Source of the DNA: Nemertoderma westbladi
Taxonomy: Eukaryota > Animalia > Xenacoelomorpha
Assembly (NCBI GenBank): GCA_032718475.1
Contig: JAUCBJ010008008.1
Span: 1 to 56,698, forward strand
Direction of reading: 5' to 3'
DNA length: 56,698 nucleotides
Shown here piece by piece: positions 24,975 through 38,280 of this stretch (its first letter is position 1; the number at the start of each line of letters is the position of its first letter). A program made the position numbers and the translations under genes. The notes beneath the pieces are model-generated. The model had not been told where the DNA came from. It ran no database searches and saw only the letters and a list, made by a program, of their open reading frames with translations.

Positions 24975-25867
24975 TTAACATAACCTTTCTTACATCCATA
25001 GAACCACTCAGAGAAGATTAACTAACTGCAGCACAGCGACTGACTGCTGCTATAACGACTCCTTTTTCAAATTCTTGTAGATTACAATTTAAAAAGACTA
25101 ATAACATTTTTTGAAAATTTGACTGAATTAAACAATATTTTCTAGAAGATTCGTGGTGTATGGAGGTAGAAGGGGGCCCCAAACCCCAGCGCCGGTCCCC
25201 ATGCTCTGTCCAGAATACAATACATTCAGCAACAACAACAACGCGAATAGGCCTATTGTCAAACAACAATAATGCCCAATGATCCGCATTGTTAATTAAT
25301 AGCCGCAGGATGAAAGCACTCACTTATGTTTATACACGTGCAATACTTACAGTAGATAACGTTGATCTACTTTATGCCCTCGGCCTATTATAAAATACGT
25401 GAGGCGTATTGATAAACGTATGAGTGGAAGTGATACCAGGATGGAAGTTGTCTGCTGCAATCAGGTACCGCAGGTATATTAATCTGCGATGATCTCTAAA
25501 ACTGATGCCTCTGTAGCACAAATTATCGGCTTATTCAACGGATAGTAATTTGCATATAGGCCTATCGATAATATGTTGGGATTTATAAATTTTTGAATAG
25601 TTTTAGATTTTAGATTTTTGAATGCATTTTTTATTCAATGATGATGTTATTCGTATTTGAGTATAAATTTTGGGGTATTTATATTTTTTATTCTAATTTC
25701 TAAATATATTAATAAATATGTAAAAACAAAAGAACCTAACGTCATTTGTTTATATGTTTTTTTTTATTTTGTTTTGTTTTTGCTGTGCGGCCGTAATCTA
25801 ATGTGCAGCAATATTTTATATTTCACAGTAGGACAGAACAACAACACAACCAGAAGTCCCCCACCCG

Positions 25868-25904
25868 GAGTGATAAGGGTGGGTGGCACCCACCCTTATC
25901 ACTC
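25868..25904. repeat. Perfect 18-bp-arm palindrome
   Basis: gagtgataagggtgggtg-g-cacccacccttatcactc. Confidence 0.9.
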
Positions 25905-26749
25905 ATCGTTGGTTGAATTCCGATGTTTAAAATAATATATTTTTGATTTATGCTATATAGAATTTATGTTAAAATTTCATAATAGATTAGATAGGAAATA
26001 TACAGGCAACATTTTTAAGCTTTATTTTTACATTTAAATTCAGAAAGATGACCTTGTACATGGTGTTCGATATTATAAATGAGGAAATTTATTTGCACGT
26101 GAAAGTCACATTAATTTCTTATAAAGTTGAATATTCAACTCAATTTTTAAATAGTTTATTGTCAGACGTCATTTCAAAATCGGAACGGTTTTTAATGAGA
26201 AAACCATAGCAGCAAGATATAATAATGGATTTGGGGGGCAAGCAATTATCGTGTTGGAAATGACTATTGATCGTTACAATGAACTAGAAGACTGCCAGGG
26301 ATCGATCCTAAGATGTGATTGGTCACCACAGTCGGAGCACGGGAATTCATATCCCAAGGTGCAACTGTATACGTCTTATTTACTAGCACTTTCGCACTGC
26401 GAATTATTATTTTAATTTATGCTGTATGTAGATATTTGGACAAAGTTCGATTCGTTTTGCCAACAAACGCAAGACCATTCAATTGTAGATAATCTTTAGT
26501 TTTTGTTGTTTCAAAGCAAACGTTTTTCATTGGTGGGAAGCGGAATGCTTTTGGACAGAGAAGGAGGAGCTTATACTTTGTTACTTACAATAATTAAGCT
26601 AAGTTGTTTAATATAAGCCAACTTGATTATAATTTAATTCATTTAATCATTGAATTATTTTAATTAATTTGATCTAAAGATATTTTGATTAATGTTGTAA
26701 AGCAACTATTTCAAATGAAAATTAAAAAACATGATAAATAGAATAATTA

Positions 26750-26995
26750 ACTACTACTACTACTGCATTGCAGCTGCATTTTTAACAAATCTGTGCCGGC
26801 TTGTCAACAAAATTGCACCGCCACAACTCCCTATCACCCATGACATTTGCTAGATCATCCACATCTTCAAGGCCAGTGTCCTTTAATATACGTAGCAAGA
26901 AAGTCATGGGCTGTCCACCATGCTTATTCACTCCATGAGGCTGCCAAAGTACAAGATTATGCACTGGCTGGTCGGTCCTCTTGGTGAAAGCAATA
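26750..26995 (-). mobile_element. RTE LINE 3' fragment with (TAG)n tail, ~180 bp upstream of the PTF1A start
   Basis: ORF 26782-26964 is near-identical to the RTE C-terminus. Confidence 0.9.
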
Positions 26996-27175
26996 ATTAA
27001 AATAAATTATAAATAATAATTAAAAACTAGTATATATGATCGTTTGATGTTTATTGTTACTTGTCACAAATAACCATAACTGTTTAAGTATATAGCAGTT
27101 ATTATAAAATTATTATTTGTTAGACTGAAGTTAATATAACAACCTGAATATTTAAACAACTTTCATATTTAAACA

Positions 27176-27462
27176 ATGATAATAGAAACCTTGGCAACTA
27201 AGAAAATCGGCATGGAAGTCGATGACTTCGGCAGCGGTCGGATCTGCATAGACGACATTGACGATGAGGAGTTGGCGGCTCAGCAGTTCTTCCTGATGGC
27301 GGATTCCGAGATCCCTGGCGACGGGGAACCGCGACGGAATCGAAAACCCGGGAGGAAACCGTCGCGGAAGTTTACTCCGAAACAGATGCAGCAGCGCCAC
27401 GCGGCCAACATGAGGGAGAGGAAGAGAATGCAGCACATTAACGTCGCATTCGAGAGATTAAG
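27176..27462 (+). CDS. PTF1A: PTF1A/Fer1 bHLH transcription factor, exon 1
   Basis: QRHAANMRERKRMQHINVAFERLR basic region and helix 1; donor AG|gtaaga; the start could alternatively be the Met at 27212. Confidence 0.88.
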
Positions 27463-28722
27463 GTAAGAGAATGCAGCACATTAACGTCGCATTCAATAGA
27501 TTGAGATAAGAGAATGCATCATATTAACGTCGCGTTCGAGAGATTGAGGTAAGATAATGCAGCATAATAACGTCGCGTTTGAGAGATTGAGCTAAGAGAA
27601 TGCAGCATATTAACGTCGCGTTCAAAGATATTGAGGTAAGAGAATGTAGCATATTAACGTCGCGTTCGAGAGATTGCGGTAAGATAATGCAGCATAATAA
27701 CGTCGCGTTTGAGAGATTGAGCTAAGAGAATGCAGCATATTAACGTCGCGTTCAAAGATATTGAGGTAAGAGAATGTAGCACATTAACGTCGCAATCGAG
27801 AGATTGAGGTAAGAGAATGCAGCACATTAACGTCGTGTTCGAGAGATTGAGGTAAGAGAATGCAGCTCATTAACGTCGCGTTCGAGAGATTGAGGTAAGA
27901 TATTGCAGCATATTAACGTCGGGTTCGAGAGATTGGGGAAAGAGAATGCAGCATATTAACGTCGCGTTCCAGAGATTGAGGTAAGAGAATGCAGCATATT
28001 AACGTCGCGTTCGACAGATTGAGGTAAGAGAATGCAGCACATTAACGTCGCGTTCGAGAGATTGAGGTAAGAAAATGCAGCACATTAACTTCGCGTTCAA
28101 GGGATTGAGGTAAGAGAATGCAGCATATTAACGTCGCGTTCGAGAGATTGAGGTAAGATAATGCAGCATATTAACGTCGCGTTTGAGAGATTGAGCTAAG
28201 AGAATGCAGCATATTAACGTCGCGTTCAAAGATATTGAGGTAAGAGAATGCAGCATATTATCGTCGCGTTCGAGAGATTGAGGTAAGAGAATGCAGCATA
28301 TTAACGTCGCGTTCAAAGATATTAAGGTAAGAGAATGCAGCATATTAACGTCGCGTTCGAGAGATTGAGGTAAGAGAATGCAGCACATTAAATTCGCGTT
28401 CGAGAGATTGAGGTAAGAAAAGGCAGCACATTAAAGTTGCGTTAGATATTGAGGTAAGATAATGCAGCATATTAACGTCGCGTTTGACAGATTGAGGTCA
28501 GCGAATGCAGCACATTAACTTCGCGTTCGTGAGATTGAGACAGGATAATGCAGCACATTAACTTCGCGTTCGAGAGATTGAGTCAAGAGAATGCAGCACA
28601 TTAACTTCGCGTTCGAGAGATTGAGGCAAGAGAATGCAGCACATCAACGTCGCGTTCGAGAGATTGAGGTAAGAGAATGCAGCACATTACAGTTGCTTTG
28701 AGAGATTGAGGTAAGATAATGC
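27422..28722 (+). repeat. 43-bp minisatellite (~30 copies) derived from the PTF1A exon1/intron1 junction
   Basis: Unit aagagaatgcagcacattaacgtcgcgttcgagagattgaggt; the first unit is the coding sequence itself. Confidence 0.95.
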
Positions 28723-29534
28723 AATTTGTTTCACATAGAAATGGAAACGCATGGTCTCAATTATAAACGACAACAACATACAAATAATATATTTTCGATG
28801 TATATACCCGATACAGGAGGGGGAAACTAGACCCAAATACCATCTCAACGAATTAATATTATTACGTCTCAATGTTAAATTACCTATTTAAGGAAAGGAG
28901 CAGGTTATAGTGGCGCGATATTCCAGCCAAAACAATAAACGAAATTCAGTAGAAAAGGTCAAAAAATTTAATATTTGGGAGTAAGTAATCAGCTGTTATT
29001 TGCGTCGATTTTTCCCTGGAGAGAGATACATTTTTGATTGCGTCGAAAGTCCCCCCCCCCCCCCCCCCCCATCTTCAATACCCTGGGGATGCATTGCCCC
29101 AGCCTCTACAACACTGCACTTCAACAGCCAAGTGAATGACAAATTCATTTCATTATCACAAATAGTGCATCTTAACACTAGCTTACGGTTCATGAAAGTG
29201 AATGGTTGAGGTTGACTTACAATTTTCCTCTCACTGATCCATCGAGCAAGACAATTCTAAATGAAATATTAGCTACAGGTTAAACTACCTACGAATGAAC
29301 TACATCAACAGAAGGTGTATTGTAAAGTTCTTTCCACTGCCAAACCTGTAAAATTATTCAGTATGTTAGTATTTTGATGTAGGAAGCAATAATAAAGATA
29401 TCAACAACCTGCTGGTAAATGATCTCACAAGACAATAATTGTGGTGGATGTGTGTTGTTAGGTCCACTTGTTCTAACATTATTTATAAGTAATCTTACAG
29501 AATATTATATCCATTTATATAAATATATTTACAG

Positions 29535-29701
29535 AACAAGGATACCAACTTTACCATATGAAAAGCGTCTATCTAAGGTTGAAACACTTCGACTGGCCAT
29601 CGGCTACATAAGTTTCTTAGCAGATCTGATAACCTCGACGGGTTCGGAGGATGAACTTTACGAGAACGAGAGAAAGAAAATTATTATCACCAACAGAAGA
29701 G
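29535..29701 (+). CDS. PTF1A: PTF1A/Fer1 exon 2
   Basis: cag|A ACA...[31 protein letters not shown]...[10 protein letters not shown]; donor G|gtttgt. Confidence 0.92.
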
Positions 29702-30231
29702 GTTTGTAAGGCAAACTTATTTAGGGCGGTATTACACTATAAACCCATCGGTATATAAGTTTAAGGCTTTACTATGGCGCAAAACTTAGCTTAAACTTAA
29801 AAGACCAAGCTTTGTATCTGAGTAAAGCATTTGCCGTAAGGGAGTGATTGCTAGCTAGATTATAGTTAATGTGCAATTCAACAATAACATATATGTATGC
29901 TTGTTGTCGATTAATAATAATAATAATAATAATTATGTTAAATATGTTAAAGTTGGAAAATAATGCGTTAAAATAAAGTCATACTCGTTTGAGAAAATAT
30001 AATAATGTGAAATGTTACAAGTTGTGAGCTTAATTTATGTATTGCCAAATATTTTTTGGAATATAAAAAAAATTGATATATTAAAATTATGTACTGTACT
30101 GAATGTGATGTATTTTGCACTTTGTATTTTGTCTCTGGGCAATTTTGTTCTTCGTTAATTTTTTTTGTTCTTCATGAATTGGAAAAACTTATCAGGTCTA
30201 CCTGATCATTTTGGTAATTGTATTTATCCAG

Positions 30232-30410
30232 GTCCAGACGAATACAAGTGTTACCCGCCAATAACCGGACATAGTCTGTCGTGGTCCGAAGCGGGTCTGT
30301 CTGCACTTCCAACCCACTACCCCAACACCCCACTAACCGCCGAGGTTTGGGTACCTGCAGAAATGCCACAGACGCCTCTACCGGTGGGAAGAGAAATAAT
30401 ATCAAACTGA
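30232..30410 (+). CDS. PTF1A: PTF1A/Fer1 exon 3
   Basis: PPITGHSLSW and AEVWVP correspond to the PTF1A C1 (HSLSW) and C2 (VWTP) RBPJ-binding motifs; the spliced CDS is 633 nt and in frame. Confidence 0.9.
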
Positions 30411-33009
30411 GCTGCAGTGAAAAATCTTTCAAAAGTTTGGAAACTAACTATTCCAAAAGTGCTATAGGTGTCTCTAATATATACATTACAACTCCGTTTA
30501 AAAGGACATTCGAACAAACAAACATTTAATTGTCATATTTATACTTTATTATATAAAATTTTATTAATCATTTGGTGCCGTTCTTTAGTGTATAAAGTAT
30601 AGTAGTTAACTAATAGTAGTTAATTAGTACATTCTTAGGCGTGCAGGCTCACATACTTTGCTCTGAAGATACTACGTGTCTAACTTTATTTGCGTGAGCG
30701 TACAATAACCTGTACCGTAATTAAGACGTCACTAAGTAATCTTTTTTTTAGCTAAAAAATTGATTTTTTTTTGTGCAACGAAAAATTTGTAATTTTTGAA
30801 ATTTAGTGACAGAACCACCCTGATCTGTATGCAGACAGGACCACCTGGTATGTATACAGACAGAACTACCTGATCTGTATAAAGAGAGAACCACCATATT
30901 GCATGAGCTAGCTTTCACTCGACACCTTTCCATTTCTCGAATAATGCTCCGGAAAGTGACTTAATAAATTCAGTAACCCCAACCCAATAATTTTTAAAGA
31001 AATATGAAGCCTGAAGTTTGAAACATAAATAGCAAAGGCAATAATTGTATTTTTGATTTTCATCGTTAACTAGGCCTCTTTCTGCCTTTGAAAAGAGATT
31101 CTCATTCCACCATCAAGCATTTACAAATATTGTCCCTGTCATAGCCACTAATTGGTTCACATATTACTATGGCATAGTTTCAATGGCACAGAATCTATTA
31201 TCCTTATAACAATTTCTTAGTGGTTATTTTCTTTCCTTTAGCACTAAACTTTTTGGCTGTACTTTACAACGCAGCTTGGCATCGATTGAGCGCCATGCTG
31301 CTGGGAGAGTCAGTATAGTGCTGCATATACCATTAAGGATAGGGTTAGTAGTGTGTGAGGTCGAACAGATTAAACACAAACACCTCCCACCATAAGATGT
31401 TTGACTCGCTTGTTGTATATAAGTAACGTGGGTCCGTATTAGTGGAATCGACTACATTCAGGTTTGTGACCTGGATTAAGAAGATTACTTAATAAAGAAG
31501 TTATGTGGAGCATAGAGAGAAAGTGTAAATGAAGTTATTCGCTTTCAACTCGACTGGGAATTATGATATTAAATACCAATAACCTTTGTTGAGCGTTTAC
31601 GATAGAGGCATTCACGATATATTGCATTCCATTTGCATCGCAGTACACAAACAGGCAATTTATGCCTGTTTGTATACTGCAAACTTGCTCGCAATATATA
31701 CTGTAATATGGACTTTGTAATAATAAACAAGTTCCCTTGTATATTCGAATAATACAGAAGCGTTAACTACTGAATACTTACAAGCACTCACGTAGAAACT
31801 GTACAGTACAAGATGTATGTAGGATACTGTACAAGGATAGGAATTACTGACACAAATTATTATTGATTATTCAATGTAGGCTTTAGTTATTGTGTAAGCT
31901 TATAGAATGAAGCAACAATTATCATAAGGGTGTTTGTATTTATTGCCTTGGAATCTTGCATTGAAAATTTTATATCTAAAAAAAATGTAAAATTTTAATA
32001 AAATTTCGCCCGATAAGTGAAAACCTGGTATTCTTCACGTGGGCTATGATACAGAGGACCTTATTCTATGAAAAATAAAAACAAAACAAAACAAAAAATG
32101 TATTTATATACATTTTATATAATATTCTATACTTGTTTTGGAACAAACTGCATTCTAAACACTAAACACTGAAATTAACTAATTTATATTAATGGCATTG
32201 TGGGTAGAATTCGGCTTTCAGGAACTGAGATACGCTACATGAGCTAAATCCTACAAACTACTTTACGTACAAAGGTAAACTAAAGACTCACCTGTTTACC
32301 CACCCACCTACAAAATAGACTCATTTTTAGCCGATCGTTTTTTAAAAACATTGTTTTTACTTTTTTAATTATGTACTCTACGCGGTTTTCTTTTTATTTA
32401 AATTGACTAACCTAGCTCTGATTAGCGCCATAGAATACTACCGGTAATGTTGGCGCTATACAAATGATTAAATATTATTATTATTATTTGATTTGAGTTT
32501 TAATTAATAACATAAAATACTTTCTGCTACAATGAAATTAATTCCTCTGTATTAATAATGTACTTTAAATAATTGTCTAACATGTTCATTCCACCCACAC
32601 GAAGCACCGATTTACTAGGCCTCGCCTTCACACAAAACATCTAATTAGTTTCGCGGCATTCCAAGCAGAAAGCCGGCCCTCCTTTCTGGTCAATAAAGTT
32701 CGTTGGTCCCGAGTTATAGCAGCATGACAGCGCCACAATTACGCGAACACTTACAATCTACGCATATAAATTACTCGCTGCCCCTCGTACGACGCACAGA
32801 TCAATAGCCCGTATCGATTACTCTTTCTGTAACTTCGCTAAGGAATTTGACTGCGGTCCGGGTTTACTAACATGAGGAATGCTCCCCAATGATCAACCTG
32901 TTGATAGAGAATTATATAGAAACATTGATTGGCTTGTCCTTGGAGTCCGGCATTGCAATCATCATTCCGACTTCCGAGATCGCGATATTGATAAATACAA
33001 ATTTTGCAT

Positions 33010-33155
33010 TCATTTGAGCAGGGAAGGGGGGCGGGGCTACTGAATTCAGCAGGGAAAGGGGGGGGGGCTATTGAATTGAGCAGGGAAGGGGGGGGGGGGG
33101 GGTGGCTATTGAATTGAGCAGGGAAGGAGGGGGGGGGGGGGGGGGGGTCTATTGA
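33010..33155. repeat. Four-copy G-tract tandem repeat
   Basis: agcagggaagG(n)ctattgaattg repeated with a lengthening G run. Confidence 0.8.
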
Positions 33156-34349
33156 CGGAAAAAATCCATAATGTCGAAATACTGTGTGGTTTGAATAAAA
33201 ATAAGTATATGTACTCTAAAGTATATACTTCAAGGATAAGTAGAGTAAAGAGAAAAGTAAGTGTCTTAAGTATTGAGTAAAGTATAGAGTAAAGGTAAAG
33301 TAAAGTAAAGTTTAGTAGCAGTAATATTTAAATAGCAGTTTAAATAGCAGTAATATTGACAGCGACGGTTTTTAACCGTCATCGCTGTCAATATTACTGC
33401 TATTGTTATATTAGACTGACTGTGCTTATCAGATATTACGAACAACATTAACTATAAACTCAGTTATTTTAACGGCCTTCGGCCTTTCAATTCCATCAAT
33501 AGCCTTTCAGCACTCACTGGTCTACACTCAATGTAGCCAACTGAAGCACAATTAACAGAGTAGCGGTTATATATATTACATGGGATACACATTCCTACCT
33601 AGGTTTGGTCTACCAGTGAATGCGCGATAATTGATGGTGAACCTATTATTGGTTGATCTATCCTCTGGCCAATCCCATTTTCCCCTGGCCCTATCCTAGC
33701 TTCCCCTGAGATGAGCTAATGTGCTGGCATCTCTCTCTCTAGCCAGCAATGTATATTAACTTGGTGTCTTCGGTATGCGATATTATATTGGTAATATCGC
33801 ATATCCAATTATGATTCGTAAATCATACCTTTCCCGCTGGGTGGTGCAGCGAATTGGATCCGCTAACATTTAGTATTCCATGAATCAGCACACTCAATTT
33901 AGCTTAAAACCGTTGGATGCCAGCCATTACCCAAATTTGCCTGTGCCATCACTTTCTAGGCAAATTTTCAGGATTTGGAATCAGACTACTATTAAACATA
34001 AAACTTGCAAATGTCTGATGGCAAAATTATTGTCAGTGTTTCTATGTTAACGCCATAAACAAATAGACGAATGAGTTTCTTAGTAAACTAATAATTGTTG
34101 ATAATGCGATGACTTCAGTATTGATGCACCGATACCGGTGAAACATGTGATGTTAAGGCCACGAAATTGTTCTATAACATTAAATAATAATTCTATAATC
34201 TCGAATATGTTCTAGAATAATTAATTACTGTTCTAGATTGTATTAAATTTTACTCAAGAGTCAGTTGTTAGCTCTCTACTACTCTACTGGTAATAGAATT
34301 GCACGAACTAAGTACTACATTACAGTTATACATTCTGGGAGGTATAACT

Positions 34350-34886
34350 TTAGTTTTGTATGAACCCAAGTTGCTTAGATAACGTTATATACCAAGACTC
34401 TTCTTGTTTTGGTGCCGGCTTGTCTTCTGTATAGTAACTAAGCAACATGAGAAGTGTTGGAACTGCTATTAGTATGGCGATCTCTATTGAGTAATTCATC
34501 GCGTTCCTAAGAACCATGCCGTTCCGCCCTACGGTAGACAGAATTTCCATGTTGTGTTGGTCCTGTCTACGTGGTTCCTTGATCTCTCCGATGTTGAGTT
34601 TAGGTTTCTCCCCTATGGTGTCGGCGACTGGAACCGGGTACTTATTCTTAAATCGACGTTCCAGAAATTTGTTAATGAATAAAGTTGGATTCCAGAAACT
34701 ATTCCGCAATTCCGAGTGAGTGGTTGCTGCCTTCGAGGACCGTGCTGTACTCAGTGCTGTATGCTTCCCGCGTTTGGGACTGCTGGTAGAGTCTGTCTGC
34801 GCTGAACCCATTGGCTCGGTGTCGGCTAATAATTTGTCCATTTCTTCCCACACACAGCCCCCACGGTCAGCAAATGGGGATTTCAT
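34350..34886 (-). CDS. Hypothetical 178-aa protein with a C-terminal hydrophobic segment
   Basis: Uninterrupted ATG-to-stop ORF, GC-richer than its flanks; IEIAILIAVPTLLMLLSYY; no recognised family. Confidence 0.4.
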   Translation of the reverse strand: MKSPFADRGGCVWEEMDKLLADTEPMGSAQTDSTSSPKRGKHTALSTARSSKAATTHSELRNSFWNPTLFINKFLERRFKNKYPVPVADTIGEKPKLNIGEIKEPRRQDQHNMEILSTVGRNGMVLRNAMNYSIEIAILIAVPTLLMLLSYYTEDKPAPKQEESWYITLSKQLGFIQN

Positions 34887-35482
34887 AATTACTAATTAAT
34901 CGATTATTACCAATAAAACGTATTAACTGAAAATTGTTACAAATTTTTTATCTATAGTTGAACGATTCAAGAATGCAGTGTACAGATTATAATAATACCT
35001 ACATATTGTCAGGCCGATAGAAATTCACCCACCAATATTATCTTACGTTTTATTCTAGAATTATTTCTATAATTATATTCTAGTATTTTATAACGTAAGT
35101 AATAAACAATAGAAAACTATGTACTCTAGTAGACTTTAAACGATGCCCAATAGCTACTTTGTACTTTATATAGAATACTCTGATACTAGCTATTATAATT
35201 ATTATGAGCCTGTTACCAATTACAGTACTAGCTAGTATCTAACTACTATACACCATGACCCGTAATATAGTGTCATTTTTTGACCCCCCCCCCAAAAAAA
35301 AAAAAAATTTCTACAAATCTTTATCATAATGCTTGAAATTTGAAACACAACTAGTTCAACTCACCGTGGTTGTTACCATGAAGCCGGAATTTTCGATTTC
35401 GCCTTTAAATTTTATTTATAAGCGTTTTAAAAAAGTGTCTTTTGCGAAATCGCACCCTCTGTATCATTGCCATTCTTCACTT

Positions 35483-36427
35483 ATTATTGTGGTTGACTAT
35501 GTTCTACGCATGTCCTTAGATCATCATAATGATGATGGGGTGATGATAACTCCACCTACTGGCTCCAGAAGTCGAGGAAATCCTGCCAAGTACCTAACTG
35601 ATCTAGACTTTGCTGATGACTTAGGAGTACTCTCAGAATCATTAGAGGGAGCCCAACGGCTCCTCAGCTCATTAGAACATGCTGCTTCTAGTGTTGGTCT
35701 TTTTATTAACTCCAGAAAGACCAAAATTTTGACAGTTAACTTTGAAAGTCCTCAACAAGTCTCTGATCGGATGAGCATAATCTCAAAGGATGGTATGCTT
35801 GAGCATGTGGACGGCTTCTGTTACCTGGGATCATGGATCCGGAAGTCAGGTGAGGACCTTCGAATACGTAAGGGAAAGGCATGGGCAGCCTTGAATAGGC
35901 TTTCCAGGATTTGGAAGTCACCGAGAATTAATCGGAAACTTAAGGTCCGATTATTTAGAGCAGCAGTAGTTCCAGTACTCCTCTACGGGAGTCCATGTTG
36001 GGCTCTAACTGCTGAGGACACCAAATCTCTGGATCGCACATTCACAAAAATGCTACGCCGGGTTCATTGTGTCAAGTACAATGCACACAGCTCCAACCAG
36101 ACACTATATAACATTGGAGGTGTCTCATTGGTTCCCCCAAGCTTGACACTAGAACAAAATCGCCTCCGCTTTGCAGGACATTGCTTTCGCCGTGAGGACC
36201 AGCCAGTGCATAATCTTGTACTTTGGCAGCCTCATGGAGTGAATAAGCATGGTGGACAGCCCATGACTTTCTTGAGACGCATCTTAAAGGACACTGGCCT
36301 TGAAGATGCGGATGATCTAGCAAATGTCATGGGTGATAGGGAGTTGTGGCGGTGCAATTTTGTTGACAAGCCGGCACAGCATTCTTAAAAATGCAGCTGC
36401 AATGCAGCATGCCGATCCCTACTACTA
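35483..36427 (+). mobile_element. 5'-truncated RTE LINE with 12-bp TSD
   Basis: LDFADDL, FCYLGS, KVRLFRAAVVPVLLYGS..W, RLRFAGHCFR; (CTA)n tail; TSD cattcttcactt at 35471-35482 and 36428-36439. Confidence 0.93.
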
Positions 36428-36769
36428 CATTCTTCACTTTAGTCGTAATTTTTTCACATCAATAGAAAGCTTGTGTTTTAAGGATTCCAAATATGTAACA
36501 ATGTCTGAATTTCGTTGAGAAACAGCTGAGAAATAGGCATTCAAAGATTGCAAGAATTATAATTCACTGCAGGCCATTTATTCTATTTAATAACGTCACC
36601 TTCAAGGCAGAACCCCCTAAGTCGATTTTTGTAGTTCTGAGATAATCGATAAAAACTGTTTATTTTTTAGAGAGATGCCTCAGTTTACTTGTTATTGTGT
36701 TTTTTGATAACTAAATATATATAGAATTCATATAATTAAACTTTCAATTTGATTTAGAATTACCTTTGA

Positions 36770-36960
36770 AATATATTGCGGTTTTTTTGTAAAAATTCTG
36801 ACTTATGGTGTTTTGCCAAAACAAAGGGGAACACCGTTTTCTGGTATTATCCCGTAACTATACGATAGTTGCGGGGTATTGCCTAGAAAATAAGGTATCC
36901 TCAATTTGGCAAAACACCATAAGTACGAATTTTTACAAAAAACACGCATAATATATCAAA
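36770..36960. repeat. Internal inverted repeat
   Basis: ttttgtaaaaattc.gacttatggtgttttgccaaa pairs with tttggcaaaacaccataagtacgaatttttacaaaa. Confidence 0.8.
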
Positions 36961-37677
36961 TAATAGCCAAGGCGTATCGTACGTCCTTTATAATTTAGTG
37001 CGTAGTGCGAACGTAATACATGTGCGCATTTGTTATTAGCTAATACGTGCTATCTAACATGTCAACTAGCACATGATCAGGTGTTAGTATTACCTGTAAA
37101 CGCAATAATACCAAATAATCACATACAATATAGCTAACACACTTGCGCACATGTTGGAAATTTTTGAATTCAAAATCAAAGGGCTCCATAAGTTTTTGAT
37201 ATTTTGGTATTAATTGCTTCTAAAATAAGTACGGGACTGTAGTTAGAATCATGTATCAATACAAATTGAACAAAATGTAGCCAAATGCAGAACTATAAGA
37301 ACAAAATTTATATTCAAGAAAGCGGAACTCTAAGTACAAAATATAGCCATGGGTGGTACTCTACAGTAAGAACAAAGTCTAGCTACAGGGTTACAGCTAC
37401 GTTAAAGTAAAGTTCACTTACAGTACGTCATGACGAATAGTTAAAGACCTGTTTTTTCTACAGTACGTGTCAACATTTTGAGCAACTCTATCAGCAACTT
37501 AGTAAGCATTTCAGGTTGCGATCAAGTTGCTCTATGTAAACGCGAACTTTGTTGCTGTTAAAGATGCCTCATATAACGGAGACTAAAAGTTAATGTTGCT
37601 CAAATTAAGTTGCTAGTTGCTGACCAAATTGTCCAAAACGTCCGGCAACCTAGAGTAACTTATAGCAACTTGGACAA

Positions 37678-38280
37678 AAACATTAAATGAGGGATAGATA
37701 TTTATCAGCGCCACAAACATTAAATGAGGGATAGATATTTATCAGCGCCACAAACATTAATGTGGGACAAACATTAATCAGGGTGACAAACATTAATGTG
37801 GGACATAAACATTGATGTAGGACACAAACATTAATGTGGGACATAAACATTAATGAGGACACAAACATTAATGAGGGACACAAACATTAATGAGGGACAC
37901 AAACATTAATGAGGGACACAAATATTAATGAGGGACACAAACATTAATGAGCGACACAAACATTAATGAGGGACACAAACAATAAACGAGGGACAGATAT
38001 CAATCAAGGGCACAAACATTAATGAGGGACACAAACATTAATGAGGGACACTAACATTAATGAGGTACACAAACATTAATGAGGTTCACAAACATTAATG
38101 AGGGACACAAACATTAATGAGGTACACAAACATTAATGAGGGACACAAACATTAATGAGGTACACAAACATTACTGAGGGACACAAACATTAATGAGATA
38201 CACAAACATTAATGAGGGACACAAACAATAAATCGAGGGACAGATATCAATCAAGGGCACAAACATTAATCATGGGCACT
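37678..38280. repeat. 19-bp minisatellite (inverted copies at ~38870-38945)
   Basis: Unit caaacattaatgagggaca. Confidence 0.92.

Noticed and set aside
27422-28722. CRISPR-like appearance of the 43-bp array (also the 68-bp and 19-bp arrays)
   Set aside because: The units are contiguous with no unique spacers, there are no cas genes, and the context is eukaryotic
35333-35482. N-terminal 50 aa of the 351-aa ORF as a genuine RT start
   Set aside because: It lies in MITE sequence upstream of the RTE TSD; chance in-frame read-through
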